Source of the DNA: Polyangiales bacterium | GTDB lineage: Bacteria; Myxococcota_A; Polyangia; Polyangiales; Ga0077539 | Assembly (NCBI GenBank): GCA_044229975.1 | Contig: JBGARZ010000002.1 | Coordinates: 384,001-448,000, forward strand | Reading direction: 5' to 3' | Length of the DNA stretch: 64,000 bases | Part shown: positions 9,595 to 18,153 of the stretch, piece after piece | Layout: each line of letters starts with the position of its first letter | How positions within the stretch are numbered: the stretch's first letter is position 1 | Made by a program: the position numbers and the translations under genes | The notes under the pieces: model-generated | Database searches by the model: none | Seen by the model: the letters and a program-made list of their open reading frames with translations, nothing else | Told to the model about the DNA's origin: nothing

Positions 9595-10752
9595 ATGATG
9601 ACCACTCCAGGGTTCTCCTTTGACGTCGAGGCGCGCGACGGCCACGCGCGGGTCGCGCAGCTCAACACCCCCCACGGGCCCGTCGAGACGCCCACCTTCA
9701 TGCCCGTCGGCACCATCGGCACCGTCAAGGGCCTCACGATGGAGGAGGTCGGCGCCACCGACGCCGGCATCGTGCTCGGCAACACCTATCACCTGTGGCT
9801 GCGGCCCGGCGCCGAGGTGGTGTCGGCCCTCGGCGGCCTGCACGGCTTCTCCCGCTGGCCACGCGCGATGCTCACCGACAGCGGTGGCTTTCAGGTGTTC
9901 TCGCTCGCCAAGCTGCGGACGATGGACGACGAGGGCGTCACCTTCCGCTCGCACATCGATGGCGCGTTGAAGCGACTCACGCCCGAGGAGAGCATTCGCA
10001 TCCAGTCACTGCTCGCGAGCGACATCGCGATGGTCCTCGACGAGTGCCCGCCCGGCGACGCCGACCGCGACGCCGTGCAGCGCGCGATGACCCGTACCAC
10101 CGCCTGGGCGCGCCGCTGCCTCGACGCGCCGCGCGGACCGAAGCAGGCGCTCTTCGGCATCGTGCAGGGAGGCGTTCACGAAGACCTGCGGCTGCGGCAT
10201 CTGGAGGACATCGCGGCGATGCCCTTCGACGGCATCGCGCTCGGCGGTCTCTCGGTGGGCGAGCCCGTGGTCGACATGCACCGCGTGCTCAACGCCGTCG
10301 CGCACCAGATGCCCGACGAGCGACCGCGCTACCTCATGGGCGTCGGAACGCCCCGCGACCTCCTCGTCGGCTCGCTCGCGGGCATCGACATGTTCGACTG
10401 CGTGCTGCCGACCCGCAACGCGCGCAACGGACAGGCGCTCACCTGGAGCGGCCGCGTCAACATCAAGCAGGCGCGCCACCGTACCGACGACGGCCCGCTC
10501 GACCCGCGCTGCGACGGGCAGTGCTGCAACGGGCAGGGCGGGCGATACACGCGCGGGTATTTGCGGCACCTCTTCCTGTGCGGGGAGATTCTCGCCGCGC
10601 GGGTGATGTCGCTCCACAACGTTCATTTCCTCGGGGCGTTGATGAAGGGGATGCGCGCGGCCATCCGCGAAGGGAGAGCGGCGGCGTATGTGGATGAGAC
10701 CTTGCGCGGGATGCGCGAGGGCGACGAGGTGGGTCCGCCGGCCAACGGGTAG
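9595..10752 (+). CDS. tgt: Queuine tRNA-ribosyltransferase
   Basis: TPTFMPVGT, NTYHL, TDSGGFQVFSL, GIVQGG, YLMGVG and DMFDCVLPTRNARNG. Follows queA. Confidence 0.97.
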   Translation: MMTTPGFSFDVEARDGHARVAQLNTPHGPVETPTFMPVGTIGTVKGLTMEEVGATDAGIVLGNTYHLWLRPGAEVVSALGGLHGFSRWPRAMLTDSGGFQVFSLAKLRTMDDEGVTFRSHIDGALKRLTPEESIRIQSLLASDIAMVLDECPPGDADRDAVQRAMTRTTAWARRCLDAPRGPKQALFGIVQGGVHEDLRLRHLEDIAAMPFDGIALGGLSVGEPVVDMHRVLNAVAHQMPDERPRYLMGVGTPRDLLVGSLAGIDMFDCVLPTRNARNGQALTWSGRVNIKQARHRTDDGPLDPRCDGQCCNGQGGRYTRGYLRHLFLCGEILAARVMSLHNVHFLGALMKGMRAAIREGRAAAYVDETLRGMREGDEVGPPANG

Positions 10753-10803
10753 CGCGTGTCGAAAAGTGGGCGACGGGGTGAGCGATGCGCCAACGTTTCT
10801 CCC

Positions 10804-11187
10804 ATGCAGACCGTCGACACGACCCGCAACGACCGCCGCTCCCGCCGCTCGGATGACCTCGCCACGGCGCTGAGGTTCCTGCTCGCGTCCCAGCGCGACC
10901 GGGCGGGGCTCACGCACCTCCTGCTCGCCACCTCCGAGGGGATGTTGCTCGCGTGGGACGGCGACCAGGCCGAGTGCGAAGAGCTCGCGGCGTACGCGCC
11001 CTTCATCGCGCGCGGCGAGGGCTACGTGCTCGACGCGCGGCGGCTCGCGGGCCTCTCGGTGCACTCCTTCAAGGTGCGCAACGACGAAGAACTCCTGCTG
11101 TTGTTGAGGGGCGAAGGCGCCGCCGACCACGTCGCCTCCGCGCTGCTCACGAGCATCGAGGGCGTCGCGCGCATCCTCGCGCGGTAG
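10804..11187 (+). CDS. Hypothetical protein, possibly roadblock/MglB-like fold
   Basis: LLLATSEGMLLA...LAA pattern resembles roadblock/LC7 proteins. Fills the gap with coding-like codon usage. Confidence 0.55.
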   Translation: MQTVDTTRNDRRSRRSDDLATALRFLLASQRDRAGLTHLLLATSEGMLLAWDGDQAECEELAAYAPFIARGEGYVLDARRLAGLSVHSFKVRNDEELLLLLRGEGAADHVASALLTSIEGVARILAR

Positions 11188-11190
11188 CGA

Positions 11191-12195
11191 CTACGAGCCG
11201 CGGCGGATGCGGACGTGGCGGATGAACACCGGCTGATCGGGGCGGTCGGACTCGTTGCGCGGGAGCGCGGTGATCTGCTGCACCAGTGACACCGGCGTGC
11301 AGTTGCCGAAGATCGAGTAGGTGCCGTCGAGGTGGTCGCGCGCGACCTCGGTGATGAAGAACTGCGCGCTCCCCGTGTTGGGTCCGCGGTTGGCCATGCA
11401 GAGCTGGCCGCCCGCGTTGTGGGGGCGGACGTTTTCGTCCGTGATGGTGTAGCCCGTGTCGCCGCTGCCCGAGCGGAGCTGGTCGCCGCCCTGGATCATG
11501 AAGCCCGGAATCACCCGGTGGAAGATCGAGCCGTCGTAGAAGGGACGGCGCGCCCACTCGGCCGCGACCGGGTCCCAGAACGGTCGCTTGCCGCGCGCGA
11601 GCCCGACGAAGTTGGCCACCGTGATGGGGGCTTCGCGCTCAGACAGCGTGCAGGTGAAGTCGCCGCGCGACGTCTCGATGACGGCCGTGAGCGCGCCCGT
11701 CCCGGTGAGACCCTCGGTGGCCTGCGCCATGGTGAACGCACCGTGCATCGGGTCGGGCGAGGTCGGCTCGCGGGTGCGCGCCGCGACGGGCGAACCATCG
11801 AGCCCACGGTCTTCGGGGGCGGGCCCGGCAGGCGGCGTCGGAGCAGGCGTCGGGGCGGCCGGTGCGCTCGGCGGCTCGGCGGTCGCAGCGTCGGCGGAGG
11901 GAGCCCCCGCGTCGGCGGTGGTGGTCGGGAGCGGGGGCGGAGCGGGGTTCTTCTCGCGGTAGAAGTACCAGCCGGCGACGGTCACGCCCGCGGCGAGGAC
12001 GATCGGGATGACGACGTCGCCCGAGCGCCACCACGGGGTCTTGTCGGAGGGCGGCTGCCCGGAAGGGTCCTTCGCGGGGATCGAGCTGCGCGGCGGGCGC
12101 GGCTCACCCGACGACGAAGCGCGCGGAGGAGTGGGACCGCGAGAGGGGCGATCACGAAAGCGGGCGTCACGAACCTTGGGGGGAGACTTGGACAT
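11191..12195 (-). CDS. Membrane-anchored cyclophilin-type peptidyl-prolyl isomerase
   Basis: APITVANFVGLA, FHRVIPGFMIQGGD, MANRGPNT.SAQFFIT and HLDGTYSIFG. N-terminal TM helix and Pro-rich linker. Confidence 0.93.
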   Translation of the reverse strand: MSKSPPKVRDARFRDRPSRGPTPPRASSSGEPRPPRSSIPAKDPSGQPPSDKTPWWRSGDVVIPIVLAAGVTVAGWYFYREKNPAPPPLPTTTADAGAPSADAATAEPPSAPAAPTPAPTPPAGPAPEDRGLDGSPVAARTREPTSPDPMHGAFTMAQATEGLTGTGALTAVIETSRGDFTCTLSEREAPITVANFVGLARGKRPFWDPVAAEWARRPFYDGSIFHRVIPGFMIQGGDQLRSGSGDTGYTITDENVRPHNAGGQLCMANRGPNTGSAQFFITEVARDHLDGTYSIFGNCTPVSLVQQITALPRNESDRPDQPVFIRHVRIRRGS

Positions 12196-12248
12196 GGGAC
12201 CTCGGGGTGAGCCTCGCGGCGCGACGTTGGTATCGCAGGACCCGTCGC

Positions 12249-12420
12249 GGGACCAGTACCTCCGGGCTGAAGTCCCCGCGCGTTTCCGAAGCAGACGCGA
12301 GCACCGCAAGGCGCGAAGAGCGCCGCGTGGCAGTGACACGCAAGCGATGAGCAACGCCGCGGGGCGACGTGGATGCGCACGGAAACACGCGGTGACTTCA
12401 GCCCGGAGGTACTGAGTCCC
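12249..12420. repeat. Long imperfect inverted repeat (REP-doublet/MITE-like element)
   Basis: 12254-12288 CAGTACCTCCGGGCTGAAGTCCCCGCGCGTTTCCG is the reverse complement of 12380-12414 at 33/35 positions. The match extends by GGGAC/GTCCC with a 1-nt bulge. Confidence 0.8.
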
Positions 12421-13243
12421 TCAGCCACGCGCTCACCTGCGGGAGCGCGTCGGCGAGGCGCGGCGAGTACCAGCACAATGCCTTGCCGTCGACGCGCCGC
12501 ACCCGCCCGGCCGTCGCGGCGGGGATGGCGAGCGAGCGAAAGACCGCGGCGTCGTCGTCGGTGAAGGGGTGCGGCTCGTCGGGTAGGAGCACCACGTCGG
12601 GCTGCCGCTCGGTGACCTCGTCGAGCGTCACGCGGGGGTAGCGGGTGTCGCGCAGGCCCACGCGGTCGTTGCTCCATGGGGTCGCGCCCGCGATGTCGGC
12701 CGCGAGCGGATAGCGGCGTGCGCGGTCGGCGAAGACGTTGGCGCCGCCGCAGAGGTCGAGCACGTCGGAGATGAAGGTGTCGCCGTGGATGGTCATCAAC
12801 GGATCCATCCAGATGGGGCAGAAGACGCGACGGGGAGCGGTGTGTTGGCGGGCGCGTTCGAGGTCGGCGACCACGTCGGCGAGGCGCACCAGCGCCGGGT
12901 GATCGGCGCGCACGTCGAGCATCGCGGCGAGTTCGCTCATCAGCGCCATGGCGTCGCGGACCGACTTTGGAAACGAGAGGTGCACGCGCAGACCACGAGC
13001 GACGAGGTCGCGGTGCATGGCCTCGGTGTTCTCCTCCTGGTTCATCAGCACGAGGTCGGGGGCGAGCGCGGCGATGGCGTCGACGTGGGCGTTCTTGGTG
13101 CCGCCGACCGAGGGGATGCTCACGACCTCGTCGACCGGCTCGACGCAGTAGTCCGTGCGACCCACCACACGGTCGCCCACCCCCAGCAGGAACAGGCTCT
13201 CGGTGACGCTCGGGACCAGCGACACCACGCGGCGGGCACTCAT
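12398..13243 (-). CDS. Helical-backbone metal receptor (BtuF/cobalamin-binding-like)
   Basis: RVVSLVPSVTESLF.LG....VGRTDYC, VGGTKN, PDLVLMNQEEN and PDVVLLPDEPHPF. ATG overlaps the upstream stop. Confidence 0.88.
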   Translation of the reverse strand: MSARRVVSLVPSVTESLFLLGVGDRVVGRTDYCVEPVDEVVSIPSVGGTKNAHVDAIAALAPDLVLMNQEENTEAMHRDLVARGLRVHLSFPKSVRDAMALMSELAAMLDVRADHPALVRLADVVADLERARQHTAPRRVFCPIWMDPLMTIHGDTFISDVLDLCGGANVFADRARRYPLAADIAGATPWSNDRVGLRDTRYPRVTLDEVTERQPDVVLLPDEPHPFTDDDAAVFRSLAIPAATAGRVRRVDGKALCWYSPRLADALPQVSAWLRDSVPPG

Positions 13244-14748
13244 GCGAAGGCGAGCGTTCCGTCGAGCCAGGCGTCGTGGGCGGGGCTCTGCGTGGCCTCG
13301 CCGAAGCGAACCCCGTGGCGGGCGAAGTCGCGCCGCAGCCGCGCCATGGAGCCGCGCACCTGCCGCAGCGTGCACTCGTACGCGCGCTCTTCGATCTCCT
13401 CCTGGTAGAGGAACTTCATCGGCGACCCCGACAGGATCTTCATCTCCTCCCCCTCCGGCCGGAAGAGATGGAACGCCACGCTCGGGTACATCTCCGACAG
13501 CGCCGAGTGCGCCTTGTCGAAGCGTCCGTTGATGAGCGCCTTCAGGCCCTGCATCGTCCCGAAGAGTCCGCCGCGGGCGTTTACGTAGCCCGCCTCCTGC
13601 GAGTAGATGGGCACCAGCGGGTCGACGAGCAGGCACAGCGACGCGCCGTGCTTCACCGCCACCCGCATGTTGGTCGTCCGCGTGAAGGCGCCGTCGACGT
13701 ACCAGCGGCCACCGATCTGCGTCGGCGCGTAGAAGGGCGCGAGCGCACACGAGGCGCGCACGGCCTTGTGGATGGGAACGTCGGTCCACCCCGGCTCACC
13801 AAAGACCACGGCCTCGCTCTTGTCCTGGTCGGTGGCGCCGATGAAGACCGGGCGGCGCGTCTCCTCGAAGTGGTCGCTCAGACCCGGTGCGGAGAGAGCC
13901 CGCGCGAAGTACTGCTCCAGACGATCGCCCGCGAAGACTCCCGTGGGGATCGCGCGGTAGAGCGCCGACAGCGGGCTGCGTGCGCCGCCGCCGCCGAGGA
14001 GCGAGCGGGCCAGGCCGAAGGCGCGTCGACCGAGCTCCTTCACGTTGGGGTCGAAGAGATCGCTGCGGCCGATGCGGGGGATGCGCGCGTTGCCCTTGCG
14101 CAGTCCCTCCATGATCTCGTCGGGCGTCACGCCGTTGGCGAGCAGCGCGGCGAGGAAGCTCCCGGCGCTGATGCCGAAGAAGAGATCGAAGTCGCACAGG
14201 CGCCGGTCGAGCACGAAGCGGTCGAGCGCACGCAGGGCGCCCACCTCGTAGAGCAGCCCCTCGATGCCGCCGCCTGCGAGGCACATGGCGATCTTGCCCC
14301 TCCCCTGCCCCGCGACGAGCGCCTCGACGGCCTCGAAGACCTCCGCCGTCGCCGGGTCGAAGAGGGGCTCGCGCAGCCGACGACAGCCCGCGCGCCACGC
14401 GACCTCGGCCGACGCCGCCCGCCGGTCGAGGAGCACCAGCGTGTGGTCGCGCGACGCGAGGCCGTGAGAGTCCTCGTCGGGGAAGAGCCGCGCGAGCATC
14501 TCGGTGGCCTCGGCGGGAGGGAGGCCGGTGTCCTCGCGCGCGTCGAGCAGCACCGCGTCCACCGGGCGCGCGGCGAGCCAGCGCAGGGCGCGGGCCGGGT
14601 CGCGCTCGACGATGACCCGGAAGGTTCGCACCTCGCCGTCGGCGTCGACGCGGCGCTGGAGCTGGATCTCACCGTCGCCGAGGCGCCGCGCCTCACCGCT
14701 TTCGAGGAGGGGGGAGGCGTCGATGGCCAGGAGGAGGAGGGTTCGCAT
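13240..14748 (-). CDS. Patatin-like phospholipase with degenerate N-terminal receiver-like domain
   Basis: LAGGGIEG glycine loop, GISAG nucleophile elbow and VDGA catalytic Asp. N-terminal ALRWL...VDAVLLD. Confidence 0.85.
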   Translation of the reverse strand: MRTLLLLAIDASPLLESGEARRLGDGEIQLQRRVDADGEVRTFRVIVERDPARALRWLAARPVDAVLLDAREDTGLPPAEATEMLARLFPDEDSHGLASRDHTLVLLDRRAASAEVAWRAGCRRLREPLFDPATAEVFEAVEALVAGQGRGKIAMCLAGGGIEGLLYEVGALRALDRFVLDRRLCDFDLFFGISAGSFLAALLANGVTPDEIMEGLRKGNARIPRIGRSDLFDPNVKELGRRAFGLARSLLGGGGARSPLSALYRAIPTGVFAGDRLEQYFARALSAPGLSDHFEETRRPVFIGATDQDKSEAVVFGEPGWTDVPIHKAVRASCALAPFYAPTQIGGRWYVDGAFTRTTNMRVAVKHGASLCLLVDPLVPIYSQEAGYVNARGGLFGTMQGLKALINGRFDKAHSALSEMYPSVAFHLFRPEGEEMKILSGSPMKFLYQEEIEERAYECTLRQVRGSMARLRRDFARHGVRFGEATQSPAHDAWLDGTLAFA

Positions 14749-14908
14749 CGATGCTCGGTGACTCCATGGAGGCGGCCGGCGCTCCGTGCAGAAGCGCCAC
14801 AGGCTCGCGGTGGGAGGCGGAGCCTAGCGTCGGCGCGGCGAGCGCTGCAAGCGAGACGGTGACGCATGGGGTACCCACGAGGCGCGGGCGTGTTGTACAG
14901 TCGCCCTC

Positions 14909-15364
14909 GTGGACAAGGAGCAGCGGTCGCACGCCACGATCGACGTGAAGGAACTCAAGCGGGCCCTCATCGCAACAGGGCTCGAGGTCTTTCGCGTGCG
15001 GGGCGATGAGGTGCACCTCGCGGAGCGACATCAGCTCCAGCTGATGGAGGCGCGGGTGCAGGTCGCGGGTGGGGGCGCGCCGGCGGTGACGGTGACCCTC
15101 CACGCGCAGCGCAGCGACGCCCCGAAGATGGAGCCGGCCAACCTCCTCGAAGTGGTTCGCGAGCACGCCGAGCCTCTCAAGGCCGACGGCTACGAGGAGG
15201 TCGACGCGAAGCCGAGGGAGATCTGCTCGGTGAACGACGGTACCGTGCTCGACGTCTGGTACGAGGTGACCTTGCGCCGCCAGGTCGCGAGCCTCGACGA
15301 GGCCGTGAGCGAGGCTCAGCGGGCCTTCGCCATCGACCGCTACGTCATCCCCACCCTGGACTGA
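14909..15364 (+). CDS. Hypothetical protein
   Basis: 151-aa ORF with globular composition and strong GC3 bias, filling the intergenic gap. Confidence 0.7.
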   Translation: MDKEQRSHATIDVKELKRALIATGLEVFRVRGDEVHLAERHQLQLMEARVQVAGGGAPAVTVTLHAQRSDAPKMEPANLLEVVREHAEPLKADGYEEVDAKPREICSVNDGTVLDVWYEVTLRRQVASLDEAVSEAQRAFAIDRYVIPTLD

Positions 15365-15370
15365 CGACGC

Positions 15371-15853
15371 TCAGCGGGCCTTGCGGCGCGCGAGGCGATC
15401 GTTGCGACGGGCGGTGGCCTCCTCGATGCGACGGCGGTCGTCGTCGCTCTCGGGGAGCAGCGGGGGGACAGGCCGCGCGTGGCCCTTGTCGTCGATGGCG
15501 ACGAAGGTGAAGCGCGCCTCGACGCAGCGCCAGCGCGCGCCCGTGGTGGGGTTTTCGCCGTGCACCGTGACCTCGACCTCCATCGACGAGCGGAAGGTCG
15601 CGTTGACCCTCCCCTCCAGGGTGACCATGTCGCCGATGAGGATGGGCTGCTCGAACTGGAGGTCGTCGAGCGCGGCCGTCACGGTGGTCCCGGCAGAGTG
15701 GCGCATGGAGCAGATGCCTCCGCACATGTCCGACCAGGCCATGACCTGACCGCCGAAGGCCTTGCCCAGGGCGTTGGCGTGCTCGGGAAACACCAGGAAG
15801 GTCATCACGGTGCGGGAGGCCGACGCGGGCTTCGGGGCGATGGAGTCGCTCAT
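15371..15853 (-). CDS. Acyl-CoA thioesterase (hotdog fold)
   Basis: VFPEHANALGKAFGGQVMAWSD, VTAALD.L.F..PI, SSMEVEV and FVAIDDKG. Confidence 0.9.
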   Translation of the reverse strand: MSDSIAPKPASASRTVMTFLVFPEHANALGKAFGGQVMAWSDMCGGICSMRHSAGTTVTAALDDLQFEQPILIGDMVTLEGRVNATFRSSMEVEVTVHGENPTTGARWRCVEARFTFVAIDDKGHARPVPPLLPESDDDRRRIEEATARRNDRLARRKAR

Positions 15854-15940
15854 GGCGCGGTGATCTCCCACGGACGTCGCTCGCGATGCAACGGGTGGGT
15901 TGACCCCGGGGCGCGAGGCGAGGCATCGACGAGTTCACCT

Positions 15941-17518
15941 ATGGAGCTGTCCAACGACCCGCCGACGCACCACCCCAGCAGCCGACCGCCCGGGTCGCGG
16001 CAGGACGAGGTCGTGGTGACGGACCTGTGCACGGGCGAGCGTCTCGCCGAGGTGGCGACGCACAGCCCCGACGAGGCGCGCGCGGCGTTGCGGGCGGCGA
16101 GCGATGCCCAGCGGGCGTGGTCGGCGGAGGGCGTCGGCACGCGCGCGACGGTGGTGCGACGGGTGACCGAGGCGGTCGTCGAGCACGCTGATGCGCTGGC
16201 CGAGGTGCTCCAGCGCGCGCAGGGGATGTGCCGCTTCGACGCCATCGTGCGCGAGCTGCTGCCCTGCGTGGACGCGGGGCAGTGGTACGCCGCCGAGGCC
16301 CGCGGAATGCTCGCCGACGTCGCCGTGGAGCCGCACCTCCGCGGTCACCGGCGCGGCGAGGTGCGCTACGTCCCGCGCGGCGTCGTCGCGATCTTCTCTC
16401 CCTGGAACGCCCCGCTCGCCGAGCCCCTCACGCTGGTGTTCGAGGCGCTGCTCGCGGGCAACGCGGTCGTGTGGAAGCCCTCGCCGCTGGCGCTTCTCCC
16501 GGCGTTGCGCGTGCGCGAGCTCGCCGTGCGCGACGGCCTTGCACCAGAACTCCTGACGGTGCTCGTGGGCGAGCGGGACGTGGGGGACGTTCTGCTCGAC
16601 GCGGGCGTCGACCTCGCGGTGACCATCGGATCGAAGGAGGCGTCGCGGCGCGTGTCGGCCCGCTGCGCGAAGGCCGCGGTACCTTCACTCTCGTCGGTGG
16701 CGGGCAAGACCACCCTCATCGCGTGCGACGACTGCGACGTCGAGCGCGCGGCGCGAGCCATCGTGGCGGGGCGCTTCGTTCACGCGGGGCAGCGGCGCGA
16801 CGCGGTGGAGCGGGTGATCGTGCACGCGAGCGTCGCGGGTGCCCTCACGGCGCGGGTGACGGAGCTCGTGGCGTCGCTGCGCGTCGGCGACCCGTGGCGA
16901 CAGGCGGTGGACCTTGGTCCGTCGCGCCATCACACGCGGGCGACCTTCCTGCGGGTTGTGACGGAGGAGGCCGTGCGACTCGGCGCGACGCTGGCGCTCG
17001 GAGGCGAAGTGCGCCACGGCGGCGGCGAGGGGTCGTGGTTTCAGCCGACGGTGCTCACGGGCGTCAACGAAGGCGCGCGGGTCGCCCGCGAGGTGCTGCA
17101 CGGCCCTGTGCTGCCGGTGCTCATCGCGAGCTCCAACGCGCACGCCCTCAACCTCGCGGACGACGGGCTGGGCGGGCCGTTTGCGTACGTGTTCACCGAG
17201 TCGGCCGATCGCGCGGCGGCGATGGCCGACGGGCTGCGCGCCTCGGTGGTGCTGCACGACGATGTCTTCGCGGCGGAGGTCGCCGTCGACGCCCCGATGG
17301 ACGCCGCGGGCCCCGGCGCCGCGGGGACGCTGCACGGCGCCGACGGGCTCACCCGCATGTGCCGCGCGCAGCACCGCAGCATTCCGAGCATCGCGCTCCC
17401 TGCGCGCGACCCGACGTGGCCGCCGTACTCGCCGCTGCGCGAGAAGGTGGCGATCCGCGCGCTGCGGACGGTGTTTGGTCGACACGGCGTGGTGGGGCGG
17501 CTGGCCGACCTCTTCTGA
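15941..17518 (+). CDS. Aldehyde dehydrogenase family protein, catalytic residues degenerate
   Basis: PRGVVAIFSPWNAP, LLAGNAVVWKPS, PTVL and GPV are present. SVAGK replaces ELGGK and AGQRRDA replaces AGQxC. Confidence 0.85.
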   Translation: MELSNDPPTHHPSSRPPGSRQDEVVVTDLCTGERLAEVATHSPDEARAALRAASDAQRAWSAEGVGTRATVVRRVTEAVVEHADALAEVLQRAQGMCRFDAIVRELLPCVDAGQWYAAEARGMLADVAVEPHLRGHRRGEVRYVPRGVVAIFSPWNAPLAEPLTLVFEALLAGNAVVWKPSPLALLPALRVRELAVRDGLAPELLTVLVGERDVGDVLLDAGVDLAVTIGSKEASRRVSARCAKAAVPSLSSVAGKTTLIACDDCDVERAARAIVAGRFVHAGQRRDAVERVIVHASVAGALTARVTELVASLRVGDPWRQAVDLGPSRHHTRATFLRVVTEEAVRLGATLALGGEVRHGGGEGSWFQPTVLTGVNEGARVAREVLHGPVLPVLIASSNAHALNLADDGLGGPFAYVFTESADRAAAMADGLRASVVLHDDVFAAEVAVDAPMDAAGPGAAGTLHGADGLTRMCRAQHRSIPSIALPARDPTWPPYSPLREKVAIRALRTVFGRHGVVGRLADLF

Positions 17519-17562
17519 CGGTCGCTTGACCGTCCCCCTCCCCCTGGGCTTCGCTCCCTCCG

Positions 17563-18150
17563 ATGCCATCAGGACCCTTTCCTCCGCCGCGCCAGCAGCT
17601 CTGGGCCCCGCAGACCTCGCCGCCGCTCCCGCCTCGCACCAACACCGGGCGCTTTCTCTTCATCGGCTGCCTCGGGCTCGTGATGCTCACCGTCTTCGGA
17701 ACCGTCGCCGCCGTGTACGTCCTCGGCTCGAAGCTCGCCGGCAGCACCCTCGGTCAGGTCGCGGTCACCGCGGGTGTGCCGACCGCGCTGACCTTTACGG
17801 ACCCCGGTAAGAACTCGTCCGCCGTGTGGCTGGAGCTCGACGCGACCCACACCCAGGGAGTGCGCGTCATGGGCACCTTCGCGGTGACGGCAAACGGTCG
17901 CGTGCTCGTTCAGTACAGCCTCAACGGCGACCTCTCCGGCCGCTGCGCCAACCCCGTGCTGGGGCAGAACTCGTCTGCCTGCGTGAACTGGGTCTACGTG
18001 CAGACGGGCGCGGGCGGTACCGTGTCCGGTCGCACGCGGCTCTTCTCGATCCCGCAGCAACCGATCGGCACCTCTGTCTCCGTCACCGGCACGCTCTACG
18101 TCGCTCCCGGCGTCACGACGCGACAGCTCACGCTCACCGCCCGCGACTGA
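17563..18150 (+). CDS. Hypothetical single-pass membrane protein
   Basis: Pro-rich N-terminus, TM helix FLFIGCLGLVMLTVFGTVAAVYVL and a beta-rich domain with a Cys pair. Confidence 0.7.
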   Translation: MPSGPFPPPRQQLWAPQTSPPLPPRTNTGRFLFIGCLGLVMLTVFGTVAAVYVLGSKLAGSTLGQVAVTAGVPTALTFTDPGKNSSAVWLELDATHTQGVRVMGTFAVTANGRVLVQYSLNGDLSGRCANPVLGQNSSACVNWVYVQTGAGGTVSGRTRLFSIPQQPIGTSVSVTGTLYVAPGVTTRQLTLTARD

Positions 18151-18153
18151 TCG

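Noticed and set aside
10505..10530. Tgt zinc site reads CDGQCC instead of CxCxxC
   Set aside because: Three Cys and the downstream His remain, so this is probably a minor variant of a functional enzyme.
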